Assembly (NCBI GenBank): GCA_951406725.2
Contig: OX597825.1
Span: forward strand, 54,064,001-54,128,000
DNA from: Octopus vulgaris
Taxonomy: Eukaryota
Reading direction: 5' to 3'
Length of the DNA: 64,000 nucleotides
In this document: positions 41,450 to 56,426 of the stretch, one piece after another
Layout of the letters: the number at the start of each line of letters is the position of its first letter
Numbering within the stretch: the first letter of the stretch is position 1
The notes under the pieces: model-generated
What the model was told of the DNA's origin: nothing
What the model saw: only the letters and a program-made list of their open reading frames with translations
Database searches by the model: none
Program-made: the position numbers and the translations under genes

Positions 41450-42670
41450 AGAATTTGACAGTCGATTTAATACATTTGGTTTCAAATAATTCCTATTCCT
41501 CTCTTCTGTTACTACCAATTCAAGATTCCTGACGTCGTAGATTCACCTAGATGTTAAGAGATATGTACTTTAAAAAGAGTGAAAATGCACTGCTCGGTTC
41601 AAATGATAGCTTTCTCACTGATACGTCAAATGGCACATTCTAGAAATATACGAAACGTTACATCAATCCAGCAGTCGTCAGTTGTTTTATTTATTGATAT
41701 GTAAACAGTAAAGTGTCTGTGAATTGGAATAAGTCTATGAACTGCATTTTCTGAGTTAAAACTTCATTCATTGCGGCAGTGATCTATACAAATGCAACGA
41801 CTTCTTTTAAATTATTTAAATTCATTTTTCACAAAAGGCGGCTATATTTCGCTGATGCCATTGATGCAAATGCTACCATTACCGATCGGGGGATATATAT
41901 ACTGTCCTTTGGCGTATGGCAATCTACGTCCCAAACATACATCAATTTTGGAATTTCTATTCATAGCGGGTAATATTTTCCTTTTAGGCACTAGTTATTG
42001 CACTCATTTCATTCTTGTCTCCGCATTATTTGATGTTCTATTACGATAGCTTTACAAGTTCCTAGTTTTTCCATATAGGATAATCTGCATAATCATAGCC
42101 TGCTACAATTGCAGTTCTTTTATTCAATACATTCTGAGGTAACTTTGAATAAGGAGACTCCAAAATATACGGTTAATTTATTATAAGTTCTACAGAATTT
42201 ACAAATGCTTTCAAACAATCCCTTGCATTGTAGTAAATACAGTGTAGTTTTTAATTTCATCTCATCTGTATGGTTTAATAGCGAGGTTGGGTATTTATTA
42301 ATCGTGATGCATTTCAGATAAATCATTTCCTTTAGATCAGATTGTGATTATATTTCTATACATTCATTCGACAAGTTATATTTTTACACTACATCGATAC
42401 AGAAATGTATGGTTTAATTAGTCTCCAGCCGTTATAGGTTTAACCTTCCCCTGTCATTTTTACCAACATATCAAAGATTGAAGGTCGAGAGATGCGTTCC
42501 AGTTCCACAGCAGAATGGATTACTCTACTTAGTGAGTTAATGTGATGCATAAAATACTTGGACATCCAATTGCTGTTGCTAGAATTTGAAATTGTCAAAA
42601 AATCTGGAAGCGGTACAAAGCGCTCACTGGAATCCCAATAATAACACAAGTACAAACTGTAGGTTACCAT
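41450..42670 (-). pseudogene. Putative degraded family-B DNA polymerase fragment (viral-type)
   Basis: Ordered motifs across broken frames: IFDM, KYNLSN, YNARDCL, SKLPQNV, KL..N, SAITSA*KENI, (YA)..DSIYI, KLSFE. Many stops, frameshifts and an internal deletion; recognised by eye only. Confidence 0.45.
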
Positions 42671-42869
42671 GGTTAGCTTTTGTGAAAAATGGAATTAATT
42701 AGCCTAAAATACAAACATTTAATACGCTTTCATTAGTGGAGTAATGTATAAGAAGTGTTGTTACAGTTAGTTTAGTAAATAAATTACTGTGTTCAAATTA
42801 CGGCGTAAGTAATGCTAAAGTAATTAGACACTTCAATGTGATCGAAACTACTATGAAATTTATATTTAA

Positions 42870-43070
42870 ATATTGGTATCAAAGTTTAGTACAACACCAG
42901 CAATCTCGGGGAAGGGTGGAAGTCGATCAAATCGAAATATGCTTGGCTGTTACTCATTTTAACCACCCCGAAAGGTTAATGGTAAAGTCGACCTCGGTGA
43001 AATTTGAACTCAGAGCATAAAAGCAGACGAAATGCCGTGAAGCATTTTGGCCGTTGCCAGTTCGCCTGCA
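42870..43070 (-). mobile_element. SINE family B
   Basis: AAAGTCGACCTCGG..ATTTGAACTCAGA..GCAGACGAAATGCCG. Confidence 0.82.
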
Positions 43071-43230
43071 TGAGTTTAAATTTTAATATTAAAAATTGTT
43101 GTATTCTAATAATGAAGAAAAAAGTCGGAAAAACATGTTATTAATAATAACTCATTTTCGACATTTAATCAATGTGACTGAATAGTTTTTCTCAACTTCA
43201 TATTCTCAAGTCAATATTTCTTCAAAGCTT

Positions 43231-43409
43231 ATGCTGGGAAAAATACTTAGCACCATTTCGTCTGTCTATTTGTTCTGAGTTTAAATTCTGCAGAGGTCGA
43301 ATTTGACTTCCATAAGATCGATAAAATAAGTACCAGTTAAGCACTAGAGTCTATGAAATCGACTTAACCCCACCCTCGGAGCTGCTGGCCTTGTATGACA
43401 ATTTGAAAC
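43231..43409 (+). mobile_element. SINE family B, 5'-truncated, 19-bp TSD
   Basis: Core TTCTGAGTT.AAATTC..GAGGTCGA; TSD CAATATTTCTT(C/T)AAAGCTT at 43212-43230 and 43410-43428. Confidence 0.85.
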
Positions 43410-43966
43410 CAATATTTCTTTAAAGCTTTCTTGTGTCCCGAAGTATTTTTGTTTATTTCCTTGTTTTGGGAGTCTCTCCTGGGATAGTTTTACTTTTATA
43501 TCTCTATCAAAATAATTTCAGTCCAAACTTTGATTAGAGTTCTCTTAAACTAATGATGTTTCTTTTTCTTGACTTTAACTACTGTTAATTAAAGTGACTA
43601 CTAATACTTTCCACTCTCCTTCAGCAGCCATTAGCGTTACTTTTCTTACTAAACACTAAAATTGACATTTGTAGTCATATTTTTAGTAAATACTTTTATT
43701 TAAATAAAATCTTAACTTCTTTCTTCTATCACCGCCACCGTTGTATTTTTGCGCGTAACAAATCAGATTATGTCCTATGTGGGTTGAATAATTGCTCCAA
43801 GAAACTTTAGATTGTTTACTCAGTTAGAAGTCTACTAGTTCGAAAGTGAAATTTAGCACATTGTGTTGCATAATGGGTCTCAAAGGCAAACAACGGGATC
43901 AGATTCTTTAATGTTGACCATAAAAGCTACATAGTTGTTGTCCTTTTTTTATTCTGTCCCACAAAT

Positions 43967-44023
<57 letters not shown>

Positions 44024-44037
44024 CACAAGTAATAATA

Positions 44038-44385
44038 ATCCTTTCTGTTATAGGCTCGAGGCCTGAAATTTCGGAAAGGGGATAGTCGATTTCATCGACC
44101 TCAGAGTTTCACTGGTACTTAATTTATCGACTCAGAAAGGATGAAAGGCAAAGTCGATATTGAGGAATGTGAACTCAGAACGGAAAGAGAACGAAATGTC
44201 GCAAACATTTACTCGGTGGGCTTCCGATTTTGCCAGCTCACCGCTTTAGTAACACTAGAAGTTTACTGGTACTTAATTAAGTATCGACCCCGAAAGGATG
44301 AAAGGTAAAGTCGACCTCGGCGGAATTTGAACTCACAACGTTGCGACGAGTGAAATACCGCTAAGTTCTTTGCCAGCTCACCGCC
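44038..44385 (-). mobile_element. Two adjacent SINE family B copies (44038-44246 and 44262-44385)
   Basis: GAAAGGATGAAAGG.AAAGTCGA and TTGCCAGCTCACCGC occur in both. Confidence 0.85.
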
Positions 44386-44426
44386 AAAATTATAATAATA
44401 ATAATAATAATGATAATAATAATAAT

Positions 44427-47190
44427 CCCACCGGATAAATAATATCCAGAAAAAATAAAAAAACAAGAGAAAAGGTCTGTAAATCCTTAACGAAACTACT
44501 AGACAATCAACACTACTAAGCAAGAAGAAGAGAACAAAAATACTATGTAGATACAAAATTACAGGTAAAATAACAGCTAAAGCAAGATATCCTTGTGAAA
44601 GCGCAAAGAATCCGCCGGTATGAGGAACACCAACGTTTCTTTGAAAAAATAAACAGTTCAACTCCAACTCCCAAAAGATTCTACCAAGAACTTCGCAAAA
44701 ATCAAATAGACATCATTGCAGCACCAAAAACAGAAGAAATGGAAGAATTTTGGAAAAGAAGTATAGTCAGCGAAGGAATAACTTCAGAAAAGTCCTATCA
44801 AAACAACGAACTCAACACCTGAACAACTCTGGACCCTTATAACAACTGAAGAGGTCACCCAGGCACTGCAAAAGTTAAGCAACTGGTAGGCACTCGGCAC
44901 CATAAGATCCCCAAATTCTGGTTAAAGTATCCGACAGGAACGCATAAAAAGCTGGTTGAGGAATTTAATCACATACTAGCAGAGCCAGAGATAATGCTTG
45001 ACTGGCTCACGGAAGAGAGAACTATCTTATTTCCAAAATCCACTGAAACGGCAAACCCACAAAATTACGGACCAATATCTTGTCTCACTATAATTCACAA
45101 AGCCTTTACTGCAATAATATTGCAGAGAATGAGGAAGCATCTGGAAGAAAACAATCTGTTTCCAGAAGAGCAGAAGAGATGCTGCAAAGGCTCATACGAC
45201 TGTAAAGATCAATTTACTATCAATAAATCCATAACTGAAGACAGCTACATAAAGAAGTACGGTCGAAGTATGCCCGGGATCGATTACCGAGAGGCTTTTG
45301 ATAGTATTCCCTACACATGGATCCTAGAAACACTAACCATGAACAAAGTAGCACCAATAATCTTAAAATATATGACACATGCCATGAATAAATAGCAGAC
45401 AGTGTTACAGCCTCAGACAAAAGAAGGACTCATGGAAACCAAAGCCATCCTCATTAGAAAAGGAATATATTCCAGGCAGACACGTTCTCTCCACTCCTTT
45501 TCTGCTTGGCACTGACACCTTTATCTGACATGCTAAGCACAACTGGATGCGGATACAACTATTACGATAAAACATTTAGCCACCTCTTGTATATGGATGA
45601 CCTAAAACTGTAAGCTACAAATGGTAAACAGCTAGAAACATTACAACAGACAGTACGTGGATTTACCAAAGAAATAAATATGAAATATGGCTTAGAAAAA
45701 TGTGCCAAAGTAACCTTGAAAAGAGGAAAACTAGTTAAGATTAGCAACATCACACTAGATAAAGCAAATGAAACAAGCGAATTAGACCAAAGGCAGATAT
45801 ACAAATATTTAGGAATCAATGAATTAGATATGATACAACAGACACACAAATGAAAGAGAAAATAAAAAAGAATGCTATAGACAACTTAAATTAATACTGA
45901 AAACAGCTCAATGCGAAAAACAAGATTATAGGCATCAACACTCAAGCCGTCCCAGTTATAAGTTACAGCTACAATATACTTAATTGGACTCTAGACGAAC
46001 TAATCAAAATAGACAGGCAAACAAGATAAATAATGACAAGATTTAGGATTCACCACCCAAAATCTGAGACAGAAAGGTTATGTATACAATGTATAGAAGA
46101 TGGTAGAGACCTTATATAGCTAGAAAGCCATTACAAAATAACACCCATAAGACTACGAAAATTTTTATTTCAGAAGCAAGGAAAACTAATACAAATAGTC
46201 ACAAAACACGAACAAAACAAAAATCTGTTTCAGTCTTGAAGGAAGCTGGCAAATACAAAAAAAAAACTATAAAGAAAAAGAAGAAACAACAAAAGATGTA
46301 AAACAAATGAAATCCAAACGAAAACTGGAACAGCAACGGACCATGATAAAACGATGGCAAATACCGGGTTAAACTAAATGCAAAAGAAATAGACAAAGCA
46401 AAATCGCAACAAAGGCTGGGAAGCTCAGGACTCAAAGCAGAGACTGAAAGATTTTTAACTGCAGCACAAGACCAAAGCCTCCCCACCAGAAATTACCAAA
46501 AATATATAATGCAAAGAAACATAAAAGTAAAGGCACAATACGTGGAGATGGACAAGAAACAATAAATCATATTGTCTCTGGTTGTGCAGTCCTAGCTCAG
46601 AAGGAATATTTTCACAGACACAACTGAGTTGGGAGCTACATACACTGGAATCTATGCCAACACTATAGAATAACAACAGAAAAAGAGGGTACAGGCACAT
46701 GCCAGAAACGGTCACAGAAAATAAGAAAGCAGCAATAATCTAGGATATACCAATACACACAGATCGAGAAATTAATGTCAACAGGACAGATATAATTGTC
46801 AGAGATCATCAAAACAAAAAATGCTAATTGATGTATCAATGCTAACATATGACAACATTTCTCGACAAGAAATGGAGAAATAGACCTGGAAATTGAGGTA
46901 ACTCGAATGTGGGGTCTAAAAACAGAAACAATTCCTATAACAGTGGGCGCATCAGGTATGATATAAAAAATATTCAGACAAATACACAACAAAACACTAG
47001 GACTAACAAATATATATATATAGCATACAGAAAATAGCACTACTAGGCACTGCACATATCCTACGTAAAATATTTTCAATACAGTAACTGTAAGAGAAAC
47101 ATAACAAACTACAGCACATACCAAAGGCACACAGAGCTACGCTTGGTAGGTAATGCAATGAAAGCACGTTATGAAAATAAGACTTCTGAA
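44427..47190 (+). mobile_element. R4/Dong-clade (RLE-type) non-LTR retrotransposon, 5'-truncated and pseudogenised, inside (TAA)n
   Basis: RT motifs PQNYGPISCL, EEQKRC, IDYREAFDSIPY, TFSPLLFCLAL, HLLYMDDLKL, KYLGI; C-terminal AAQDQSLPTRNY, CCHC relic and TDIIVRD RLE; (TAA)n on both sides (44391-44426 and 47190-47302). Confidence 0.93.
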
Positions 47191-47225
47191 TAATAAACAG
47201 AATGATAACAATAATAACAATAATA

Positions 47226-47283
<58 letters not shown>

Positions 47284-47302
47284 TAAATAATAATAATAAT
47301 AA

Positions 47303-48115
47303 TACAAACAAGAAATCATACCACCTAACAAATATGAAGAAGAAGAAGAAGAAGAAGAAGAAGAAGAAGAAGAAGAAGAAGAAGAAGAAGAAGAAGAAGA
47401 AGAAGAAACAACAACAGTTATAAAACAAATGAAATCCAAACTAAAACTAGAACAGCAACGGACAATGATAAAATGATGGCAAGAAAAGCCCCTTCATGGC
47501 AAACACTGGACTAAACTAAATGCAAAAGAAATAGAGACAGAAAAATCCCGGCAATGGTTGAGAAGCTCAGGACTCAAAGCAGAGACGGAGGGATTTTTAA
47601 TTGCAGCACAAGACCAAAGCCTCCCCACCAGAAATTACCAAAAATATATGATGAAAAGAAACAAAACAAATAACTGCAGAACATGTGGAGACGGACAAGA
47701 AACAATAAATCATATTATCTCTGGCTGCCTAGTCCTGGCTAAGAAGGAATATATTCATAGACACGGGACCTACATACACTGGAAGCTATGCCAACATTAT
47801 GGAATAACAACAGAAAAAAGATGGTATAGGCACACCAGAAAACTGTATTTGTTGTTTTAGCTGCCACTTCTTTCCACTTTGGGATTGCAAAGGATTTGGC
47901 GTTGGCAGCAGCGATCCAAAACAAGAAGACAACCATACTCTGGGATATGCCAATACACACAGATAGAGAAATTAAGGCCAACATGCCAGATATAGTTGTC
48001 AGAGATCATGAAGAAAAAAATGCTTTCTAATTGATGTATCAATACCAGAAGATGACAACGTGTCTCTAAAAGAAATGGATAAACTTTCAAAATACAAAGA
48101 CCTGGAAACAGAGTT
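47303..48115 (+). mobile_element. Second R4/Dong fragment (CCHC finger plus RLE) directly after the (TAA)n array
   Basis: SSGLKAETEGFLIAAQDQSLPTRNY, CRTCGDGQETINHIISGC, ILWDMPIHTDREIKANMPDIVVRD; colinear with 46250-46900. Confidence 0.93.
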
Positions 48116-49184
48116 AATAAATATTAAAGACAGGATTAACTTAAGAGATACCATACCGTTAATCTAATTTAAGAATTAAAAACTTATATTCAATTTATTT
48201 CAGACATTAGCCAAAGCAAGTATGGAGTGGGTATCTGAGTAAAAGGTTGAGCAGAGTATTAAGTCACTAGTGGAATTTCAACATGCATTACAGCTTGTCC
48301 AGTCGATCATATACGATCAGTTAAGGAAGATATTTATAATCAAGGCCCGGATTTGTTCAGCTACAAGAATTATCAGTGATTTCTCAAATGTATAGATGTA
48401 TTCCTTCATGCATAATCAGAAAACATACACACATAAATACGTGCATATACTTATACACACACTGACATGTATATATATATATATACAAACAAACATACAT
48501 ATATATACATATGTGTGTATTTTTATATATATGCATATATATATATAAATATGTCCTAATATACATATCGCTATATGTGTATATAATATATAAATAAATA
48601 AATATATATATATACATCTATGTATATATATATATATATATATAAATATATAAAAATGATATAGATATTTTAATATATATATATATATATGGGTGTGTAT
48701 AAATTTATATATGTATATGTATGTGTATATAAAACACACACACACACAACAGGCGTCTGTGGGTACTTGGGAGCGTGTATGTAATCGCATTTGCATAATT
48801 TTGTGTGTGCCTATGTATACACTAATGTGTGTGTGTCTGTGTATACACCCAGTTAATCACGAACACAAACACATACGAGTGCACACACAGAAGCACACAA
48901 ACACACTCATACACGCGCACGTACACATGCACGCACCCAGACATATTATCTGACAATGAAGAATGAAAAAATAGTCTAGCGTTAGAAAATGCAGATCGAG
49001 GCTGGATGAAAAGGACAATGAATGTCTGCCACTTAATATACGCAATATGTTGCAATGGTTATCTGTAATAATTGCATGTATCTTTTACAGATGAAACGAA
49101 TTTAATTTCCGGTTTTGCTACTAGTTGTCGAACATGTACATATATATATACATACATATATATACATATACATGTGTGTATGTA

Positions 49185-49275
<91 letters not shown>

Positions 49276-49629
49276 GTATATATTTATATATATATACATA
49301 TATATATATAGGTATGTATAGGTATATATATACCAATATATAAATAGACATATATAGTTATCTATACATATATATATATATCTGTCTATATGTCTATATA
49401 TATGTATACATATACATATATATATGTGTGTGTGTGTCAGTCTGTGAATACACACAGTCACACTCGCGCGCGCGTATATACAAGAGAAAGCGAGAGAGCG
49501 CGGGAGAGAGAGAGAAAGAGCGAGAGAGAGATGTGTTCAGGGAAAAGAGATTGGTAGATATGTAACTTGACAGATATACGGAAAGCTCTCTCTCTCTCTC
49601 TCTCTCTCTTTTTATATATATATATATAT

Positions 49630-49700
<71 letters not shown>

Positions 49701-49816
49701 GTATTTATGAATATATTCAGAGAGAGAGAGAGAGAGAGAGAGGTAAAGAGATGGGGATATATATATATAATTATCCTTGTATTTGTTATTTATTATATTT
49801 TCCTGTACATATATAT

Positions 49817-49857
<41 letters not shown>

Positions 49858-50203
49858 TTATATACATACATATTCTGCAGTCGTATATGCTTTCAGCTGT
49901 ATATTTTTATGCAGAGTTTCGTTATACAACTTCGGCAGTTTCTCTGTCTCGCTGTCAGTCAGATGCACATATTTCAACATATTTCCAGATACAATCAATT
50001 GGCAAGCAGGAACAGAACATAAATATTATATATACCATTTCGTACACCGTCTCTAGACAGTCTGATCTGATAGAGAAGTTACTGAGATATTACATATGTT
50101 GACTAAAATAAATAAGTAGAACATGCTGTATACGTATAAGTGTATCATGGATACTGTCATTCCTCTCTCTCTCTCTCTTGTCTTCTCTCTCTCCCGTTCT
50201 CTA

Positions 50204-50259
<56 letters not shown>

Positions 50260-50763
50260 CAGCAGCTGTCTCTCAGGCGCTAGGCTCCAGCTCATACTGG
50301 GGCACTGTCTTTAAGTATTTTCTTATAAGCTACTAATAGATTCATGCGACGAAATTCAACTCGGAGACTCGTAGACAGAATTTTATAAGACGTCTAATAC
50401 CCTTACGCAATCATCAGGGGATATAACTCTATTTCCACCGCATTCTATATTTTTTTCTCTCTGGTGCCTTCAACCTTCCACGTTTTACAACCATTTCTCA
50501 CATTTTCTCTTATTTTCTCTCGTCCTGCTTTAGCTGGTTATGTCATGTGGGAAAAGCTTGAGGATTGCATGAAGGCACCAGAACTGTTACTAAATGGTGT
50601 CTGAGGTGTTTCGCATCACATGAAACTGTTAATAGCTCATATAATATATATATAATATAATAGCTCATATAGATATATGCAAAAAAATTGAAATTGGCTA
50701 GAGTGTAACGAAGTAAGTTGTCCTTTTATATATTGCTATTATTGTGTCTTTCGTGTTGTGAAG

Positions 50764-50849
50764 CATCCTGATGAGGGGAGTGTCTGTTTCATTAAAATAT
50801 GGAATGTATGTCATATTATCTGACACGTCTCCGAAACGGCCCGTCGATG
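50764..50849 (+). ncRNA. Type I minimal hammerhead ribozyme candidate
   Basis: Stem I CATC/GATG; core CTGATGA 50768-50774; stem II GGGGA-GTGTC/GACAC-G-TCTCC; GAAA 50833-50836; stem III ACGG-C-CCGT; GTC cleavage triplet ending 50845. Confidence 0.75.
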
Positions 50850-52051
50850 GAACATTATCTTCGTGTATTAGTATGTCCTTTAAATGTTGAATAATTTCAA
50901 ACATTCCACTGGACTCTGTATTGTAACTTGTGAATCTTTATTACCTTGTATCCTATCGTGTGAATTAATAATTATCGTGTGAATTATTAATTCAATAAAT
51001 CGTATATTATGTTGATGTTTTCTCTTTTGCCTGTATATTTATATATATGAGTACTTTTATATATTTGTAAATATTTTTAAATACCTACGAGTTTTTTATC
51101 TTCTATCATATCGAAGTTTTTTATATCTATAGTTTTTAATATCTATTTATGTATTTATATATTTTTAAAATGCCTACATATTTTTTAATATTTTTTTTTA
51201 TTTTAAAAAATATTTGCGTATTTTTAAATATTAAATATTTATATGTTTATGTAATTGTATGTTTTTAATATTGTATTATCTAGGACTTTATAATGATTTA
51301 TTAATGTCGAAGAAAGTACACATGCATATTGAATATTTTATTGGACAATAGGTCATGTTGATTTCCGCTGGTATTGCCTCCATTCAAATTATAAATCGGA
51401 ACTTAGGTCAATTTGAGCACTTTGATTCTAGCCTGTTTCTGAGTATTGCTCCAGTTAACAATCTCTACATAAAATTGTATAATTTATATATATATATATA
51501 TATATATATTTAATGTGGGATAAAATTTTTTTGGAAGAAAAATTTTATCATGGCCAGCATATTAAAAATACCTTTAAAGGTTTAAATTATATAAAGAAGG
51601 GCAAGGCATTTGAAATTTTTTCGTTTGCCCTTATTTATAAGGTATATATATATATATATAATCATGCACTTTTTGTTCATAGATGCATACATATTTTGTA
51701 TGTATATAGGTATATACATATAAATAAAAATAAATATATACACACACACACACACTCATATACATATGATAATATATACGACGGCTCGTTTCAATTTCCT
51801 TCACCCAAATTCACTCAGAAGACTTTTTTTTAGCTCGGGATTATTTTAGGAGAGACTTGTCCAAGCTACTTCGAAGTTTCACTGAAGTTAGAATTATGTA
51901 TTTCGAAAGCAAGCATGTTGTCACACTGAAACGCTTGCGCTTATAAACAGGAAGGAACATAACTTTCATTATAGGCACAAGCTTCGGCCAGCTCGATACA
52001 TATAAACCTTGAGAAATAGATGGATATATAGAGTTAGAGAGACAGACAGCC

Positions 52052-53633
<1,582 letters not shown>

Positions 53634-55699
53634 GCTCTTGGAGTGTGTACATTCCCGTCCCATGCGTCATCTGTACCATCCAAGTCACCACAGGTCGAAT
53701 TTATGCCAATATTGCTTTTGCTCAGCAACAAATCACAAGCTCTAGTTATGATTACTGGATGTGTTGCATCTTTTTACATCACACACTTACTGACGTGCAC
53801 ACCACTCATCTAGATCTAAAACCTTTGCAATCATTGCAGTTACTGTGTGATATTTAAACGCTGGATCTCTTCGAATAGAAGCACACAATTATCATACTTA
53901 GGACTGTGGCACTACAAGTCACCTCTTGTAACGACCTCCACCAGTATTTATTAATATTCTGTAAGGCTGGTATGAGACGCAAGATAAGTATTGCTTAACT
54001 ATGTAGAAAATTGTCACTGCTTCTCACAAGCCTATTAAACTGCATCCAAAACTGATTCACAAGCATAGTGTCACTTATATACATACTGAATACTCTGCCT
54101 TATATGTGCACTGTCTCACCTCTTTCTAACGTTACTAAAATAGCTTCCGTTTCACTAAATATTCGACAATTACTATAATTAGGTATTCATTTACGCTCAG
54201 TCACTAGGTTGCTACAAAACTCAATGTTTACACATGTTTCGTTTCGCTAAGATCGGTGATGACGTATTTTTGTTGAACATTTAAGGGTAGATTTCGTGTT
54301 GAGCACCAACGAAAATACCCTCGGTACAAGACATTTAATTGTGTGTATATAATCAGAGGTACAGAATAACATAATCAATGAAACGGCAGTGCATTGAGCA
54401 GTTGAGATATCTAGTATAAGACATCATAAATAAAGTTAAGGCTGGGAAATACTATGCTTGAAATAATGCAAACGATTTTTTATGCACCTTCTGGAGAAAC
54501 CTTTTTCCGCAAGTATCTTCAAGCAAGGAAACCGATTCAATATCTACAATGTAGAAATAAATACACAATGTATTCAATGGTCCTTACGTTGTTCGTAACC
54601 TTAATTTATTTCTAATATTATTTGCATATATACAAGTGTGAGTGTATACACACTCATATATGCATACATATACATATATATGTATCCTATATATTTACAA
54701 CTGTGTATATATATGTATATATATATATATATATATATCACATATATTTATATATATATATATATAATTATATCTATATATATACATATGTATACATACA
54801 TAATTATGTATATATATATTTCATATATTACCCAAAGACACACACACACATATACATTTGCATATATATATATATATATATATAACATTTGTCTGTATGC
54901 ATGAATAAACTTAACCTCCACATATATATATATATGTCTGTGTATGTATGCAGGTGTAAGAAAGTGTGTGTTTGAGTGTGTGTGTGTTTGTGTATGTGTG
55001 TGTATGATTATATGTGTGCGCATAATAAATAATTATGGTTTTTCAAATAAAGAAATAAACTTCTGTTTACTGTGCAACCAGGGAAATATTCTGTCAATTT
55101 AAGATGAATGTCATAACCTCATCTTCAAGTGACAGAATCAATGAATAGAAATGAGATATTCTATTAAACGTCAGATATAGAATATATACTAACTTTAGAA
55201 AAAATATCCCTCATGTAAAGAAAATCTGGGTATAGTAAGATCTGATATGCTGCCATCGCATTGCAAGTGTCTCCAACCAGAACCATTCATCGTGAGATAA
55301 CGATATTTTGCAATGTCTACCTACCATTCGCTTCTTGTTTCTGATTTTTGATGAAATATATATAAATATATATAATATAAATGTGTGTGTGTGTGTATGT
55401 GTTTGCGTGTGTATGTGTGTGAAAGAGACCGCGATATTATATACATAGAGGAATTTATCTGTAAATATAATATGTGACGGTAGCCATTATAAAACTCCGA
55501 GTTTCGGATGTCGGGGCGGAAAACCACACCGTTATCTCTTAAGTTATCGGGCCATCAAAAAAAATGCCATGAAAATGAGCGTCAAACAAAGGGAAATTAT
55601 ATATCTATACACACACATACGTATATATCAATGTATGTATGCATGTGTGTGTGTGTGTTTGTGTGTGTATACGTGCGCGTGTATGCATATCTGTCTGTG

Positions 55700-56292
55700 T
55701 GTATTTCTCTCTGTGTTTATCCCTTCCCACCACTAGACAACCGGTGCTGGTATGTTTGCATCTTGTAATCTAGTGGTTCGGTAAAAAGTACCAATAGAAT
55801 AATTAGCAGGCTTTAAAAATAAGTGATGTGGTCGATGACTTGGACTACAAAATTCGAAGTGGTGTCCCAGCATGGCCACAGTCGATTGACTAAAACAAGT
55901 ACACGATAAAAGAAAAGATAAAAGCAAAGATAAGATCTCGCCTTAAAGGGTTTTAGTCGAATAAATCGACCCCAATAATTATTCTTTGTAAGCCTACTAC
56001 TTATTCTATGGGAACTTTTACCGAACCGCTAAGTTATGTAGACATAACCACACCAGCATCGGTTGACAAGAGATGGCGGGGGAACAAACAGACACAGATA
56101 CTGAAACACACACAAATATATATACATATACTTGCAGACGTGGCCGTGTGATAAGAAGCTTGCTTCCGCACCACATGGTTCCAGGTTCACTCCCACTGCA
56201 TGGCACCTTGGACAAGTGTCTTCTACTATAGCCTCGGGCCGACCAGAACCTTTGGCGGATTTGGTTGGCGAAAACTGACATAATCTCGTCTT
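55700..56292. mobile_element. Cluster of SINE family A halves: 3' half + (55700-55925), 3' half - (55940-56115), 5' half + (56132-56292)
   Basis: Each piece matches the full copies at 7510 and 63203. Confidence 0.85.
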
Positions 56293-56301
56293 ATGTATGT
56301 A

Positions 56302-56344
<43 letters not shown>

Positions 56345-56383
56345 ATACATATAAGTATATACATATATATATATATATATATT

Positions 56384-56424
<41 letters not shown>

Positions 56425-56426
<2 letters not shown>

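Noticed and set aside
48200-48390. Candidate host exon after acceptor-like TTTATTTCAG
   Set aside because: In-frame stop in the best frame, weak donor, no recognisable domain; kept only within the coding-island finding.
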